64,000 nucleotides of DNA, from positions 2,976,001 through 3,040,000 of the forward strand of contig OZ281501.1 of the NCBI GenBank assembly GCA_965637545.1, written 5' to 3'. The translations under genes and the position numbers were made by a program. Below are positions 60,901 through 64,000 of the stretch, in pieces (position 1 is the stretch's first letter; each line of letters opens with the position of its first letter). The notes under the pieces are model-generated. The model did not search any database. It saw only the letters and a list, made by a program, of their open reading frames with translations, and had not been told where the DNA came from. Origin of the DNA: Phallusia mammillata (Eukaryota).

Positions 60901-62148
60901 TTACCTCTCCAGAACCGCTTAGAAGGGGTTCGTCAGTATCTGTTAGGATATAGTGTCGTATTTGAACATCAGCAAGTTATTAAATTGTTGTAATACTGTA
61001 GATATCGGTTAAACTGCGTTTGGTTAATCCGGATCTTTGCCTAATTCGGACAAAACTTGAGGTACAAATGATTTGTAATGTGGAAAGGCTTAACTAATCG
61101 GCATCGGGTAATCCGGATCTTCGCCTAAACCTGACAATTTTCTGGTCCAAACGGGTCCGGATTAACCAAATGTTAATACTTTCCTGTTGTTATAACCAAA
61201 AAAGTGACCAATACAAAAGTAGGTTTAATCAAAACAAACTGAAGAGCACAGCAGGAGCAAATTTTGTGATTCATACCATCATCGTCTTCTTCATCTTTGG
61301 GACATGTGGAGCTGAGGGCATGTTCCGGATGTGGATGTGAACTATGTGATGGGGATGAGGTCCACTTTATTCTGGATGTTTCACTCTGTACACTCACGAC
61401 TTCGAACATCTTCTTGCTCACCTTCTGACTCGGCAACTGGAAACAATCAAGCACAAAATGAGTCCATTTTGCAAAAATAAATATAAGTGAAAAGAAATGA
61501 AAGTACAGTATTCTCAAAAACAGATTGAGGTGTTAAGGACACTGTTTTGAGCAGCTTTGCCATAAAAGGGTAACGTAGGTTGTTTTTCAGGAGCTACAAA
61601 CTAGTAACACCCACCAATAAACAGAAGCAAAAGACACACACTTGAAATATCTCCTTCAGTATTCTATAGATAGTGTAAAGTTAGCAACAGTCCTTTGTGT
61701 CCTGACCTTAATTCCTTTGTAATGCACAGGATTCTACATTATTATTGGTGAGCAGGTTCAAAATGGCCACAAGCCATTAAAACAATGACAACCACAAGTT
61801 TTGCGGATTGGTATTGAAAGACCAAAAAAGCAATACACTATGGTAGTTTAATCAATGCACCGTTCTTTTGTGTGCTATATTACACGATATTGGTCATATG
61901 CAACACTCAATCAGTTCAACATACACACAAGTGAAAACTTTTCACAATTTAATGACTAAAACTTGATTAACAGCACAATACCTCATTCAGTCGCAAGAAG
62001 AAATTCTCATGCAGGATTTTCTTGCCAAAATACCAAAACTTTTCAGTTTGTGGAAAAACACGGGCTTTGGTTTCAATCAGAAATCGAACAGGTTCCTGGA
62101 TTTCTTGCACAACAAGATCTGCAGCAACACTCAGAAATACTCTGGTTC
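54909..62148 (-). CDS. RABGAP1: Rab GTPase-activating protein 1 (GAPCenA)-like, 3' 13 exons; N-terminal exons outside the window
   Basis: Exons 62148-61982, 61436-61277, 60939-60692, 60209-60021, 59650-59525, 59081-58938, 58609-58439, 58155-58063, 57687-57577, 57323-57198, 56415-56257, 55824-55660 and 55130-54909; phases consistent. TBC motifs GVPDALRGEVWQLL, IQRDIHRTFP (Arg finger), GYCQG (Gln finger) and SQWFLTLF; coiled-coil tail ELELAQTKLKLVESECK...TWFQKTLSS. Confidence 0.96.
55283..55332 (-). mobile_element. Fragment of the tRNA-derived SINE
   Basis: The reverse complement GGATTCGAATCCCATCGCAGACTAGGGTTTTCTAAGC matches 24893-24930. Confidence 0.7.
55414..55582. mobile_element. Tigger/pogo-like MITE, copy 2
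   Basis: TA-flanked, with CAGTAAACCTCGGTTAATCC / GGATTAACCAAGGTTTACTA termini. Confidence 0.85.
56612..56648 (+). ncRNA. Minimal hammerhead-ribozyme-like motif in a RABGAP1 intron (antisense to gene)
   Basis: CTGATGA-A-GGCGACCT-GTAT-AGGACGTC-GAAAC-GCC, followed by AATAAA. Same layout and loop as the 23972 motif. Confidence 0.5.
61010..61180. mobile_element. Tigger/pogo-like MITE, copy 3 (ends degenerate)
   Basis: Interior matches the 37553 and 55414 copies. Confidence 0.7.
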
Positions 62149-64000
62149 CTGCAAAAAATTTAAAAAAAACTTTAAACATAGCAGTTAATACTTTATTCGC
62201 AAAAAAACATCTCTTTATCAACCTTTACAAATCCACATTTTTAGCCTATTTTCAGTCAACATGATTAAAGTTTAACAATTGTAATTGCTGTACACAATAT
62301 CCAGTCTTTTGTTTGGTATTATATGTGAAACAACAAAATTGGGGCTGTAAAATGGGGAATCAAACTATAAAATGCTCATTAATATACTTGTACTTGCATC
62401 AACAGACTGTGCAAAAAGTAGTTTGTTTTGTTGCCATATACATATCAAGAACACATGAGCAGAGGCCAAAACAAAATGAATGAAAAAACAAAAATAATGA
62501 GTTTTATCAAAAAAGGTACCACAACAATATGTAACTGCACAAAACAGACCAAAAAACATTTTTAACGAATAATGTAAACCTAAAAGCCTGCATTCTTAAT
62601 TCAATTGTTAGTGTAGTTAACAAATAGCATTGCAAATACCATATTCTCAAATGCAAAATAACATTTAAATGACCTATTCTGAGCAACATGCTCTTTGCAA
62701 AGTCTGAAAGCAAATCAGTCAGCTATGAATAACAAAACAAGCACTGTAATTGTACTACAGGCGACTAAATTGAGTCATTGCTTAGCAACTCATTGATCAA
62801 AAACTATCATGAACGTCATAACATTGGTTGTTGTAAATTGTGCAAATAGTTTCGGCCAATTTTTTAATTCTGCATTATTATCTATATTTAATAAAATAAT
62901 TTATTTATTTTTTTGCGAATTTATATGTCTTTGACAACAATAAATTCATAAGTTTACCTCAATACAAATGTGGCAGAAATGGTTTGACAAACAAAGTATT
63001 AATTATTTACTTATTTTATTTGAACTTTTGCAGAACAAAAGAAAGTAGCAACTTGGGGCTTTGGGGATTTTAAGTAACTATTGTAAGTGAACAATAGTTG
63101 GCAAAAAGGAGGAAATAACACATTGTCATGTTGCAAGGGCTGCATGAACGTGACTTCCACCCTCTGCCAAGCTGCATTCTTAGCATTTCACACATGAATA
63201 TTATGCTACAGTGTTTTTAATTGTGCTTTGGTAGCCGCTGAAGGAAATTGGTGCTTAGCAACTATTCAGTAGTAAACAATGCTAATGAAAATAGGGAAGT
63301 ATACATAATAACCCCTTCTCTTAACAAAATATTATTTCAGCTATATATAAAACACAACTTTCAACTATTTAAATGTGAATGGTAAAAAATGGTAATAAAT
63401 TAAAAAAGTAGGGTTGGGCATTTGACCGGTCAAATAAAATCTGGTCAATTGACCGGTCAAATACTTGTCAAATTGGTCAAATATCGGTCAAATACTATAC
63501 ACACTATTAAATTGCAATTTTAGTTAAAAGTTGGAAGTTAATTCTTCTTCTAAACCATAAGTAATGGAAATGAAGGTTTCAACTTATGTAAATTTGTTTG
63601 TGAAATAGGAGATGTTCGGTTTATATTATATATATATATTACAGACTTTTCCGACTGCTTTGCATGCTTCATTTCATCAATCGCCCCACATGTGTGTCTG
63701 TAGTTTTCATTGGGTAATCATATTTGTGAACTGGATTTTCGTTATGTTCTATATACATCAGATTAAAGTCTAATTTTGACTGAGATTTAACTGCAAAACT
63801 CGCTTAAGTCTTAATTTATTTGGTTCCCACATCTCCATTCATGACAAAAAAGGAATGAACAAAAGCTTTATATGTACGTACTTTATCCCAATAAGTACTG
63901 ACCTGTAACTTATCCACAAAACTTTATTCAGGGCAATTATAAGCTAAATATATAGCTACAAACAATTTTTGGATCAACTATAGAAAAAAGGACTGTGGAC

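Overview
AT-rich, intron-containing animal genomic DNA. A tunicate or other marine invertebrate is my inference from gene content, compact introns and the MITE repertoire. The window has two regimes. The right ~34 kb holds three conserved minus-strand genes reconstructed exon by exon: a YwrD-type gamma-glutamyltranspeptidase (8 exons), SAPCD2-like (8-9 exons), and the 3' 13 exons of RABGAP1. The left ~30 kb is transposon-dense and holds duplicated genes that the ORF track largely misses. These are (i) three paralogous copies of a small secreted peptide gene (signal peptide, GWS-RRRRR, acidic tail); (ii) two tandem RhoA-like GTPases that both lack the catalytic switch-II Gln, one with a 9-bp-TSD MITE in its last exon that appears spliceable as a new intron; and (iii) an unrecognised 7-exon secreted Cys-rich proprotein with two polybasic cleavage sites. 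Also present: a young 5'-truncated RTE LINE nested in a hAT MITE, many MITEs with clean TSDs, an ISL2EU-like relic, a 183-bp satellite, tRNA-derived SINE copies, three Penelope-type minimal hammerhead-ribozyme-like motifs and a strong excess of TGACGTCA palindromes. All gene models were built by eye from GT-AG sites and phase continuity; no database search was run.
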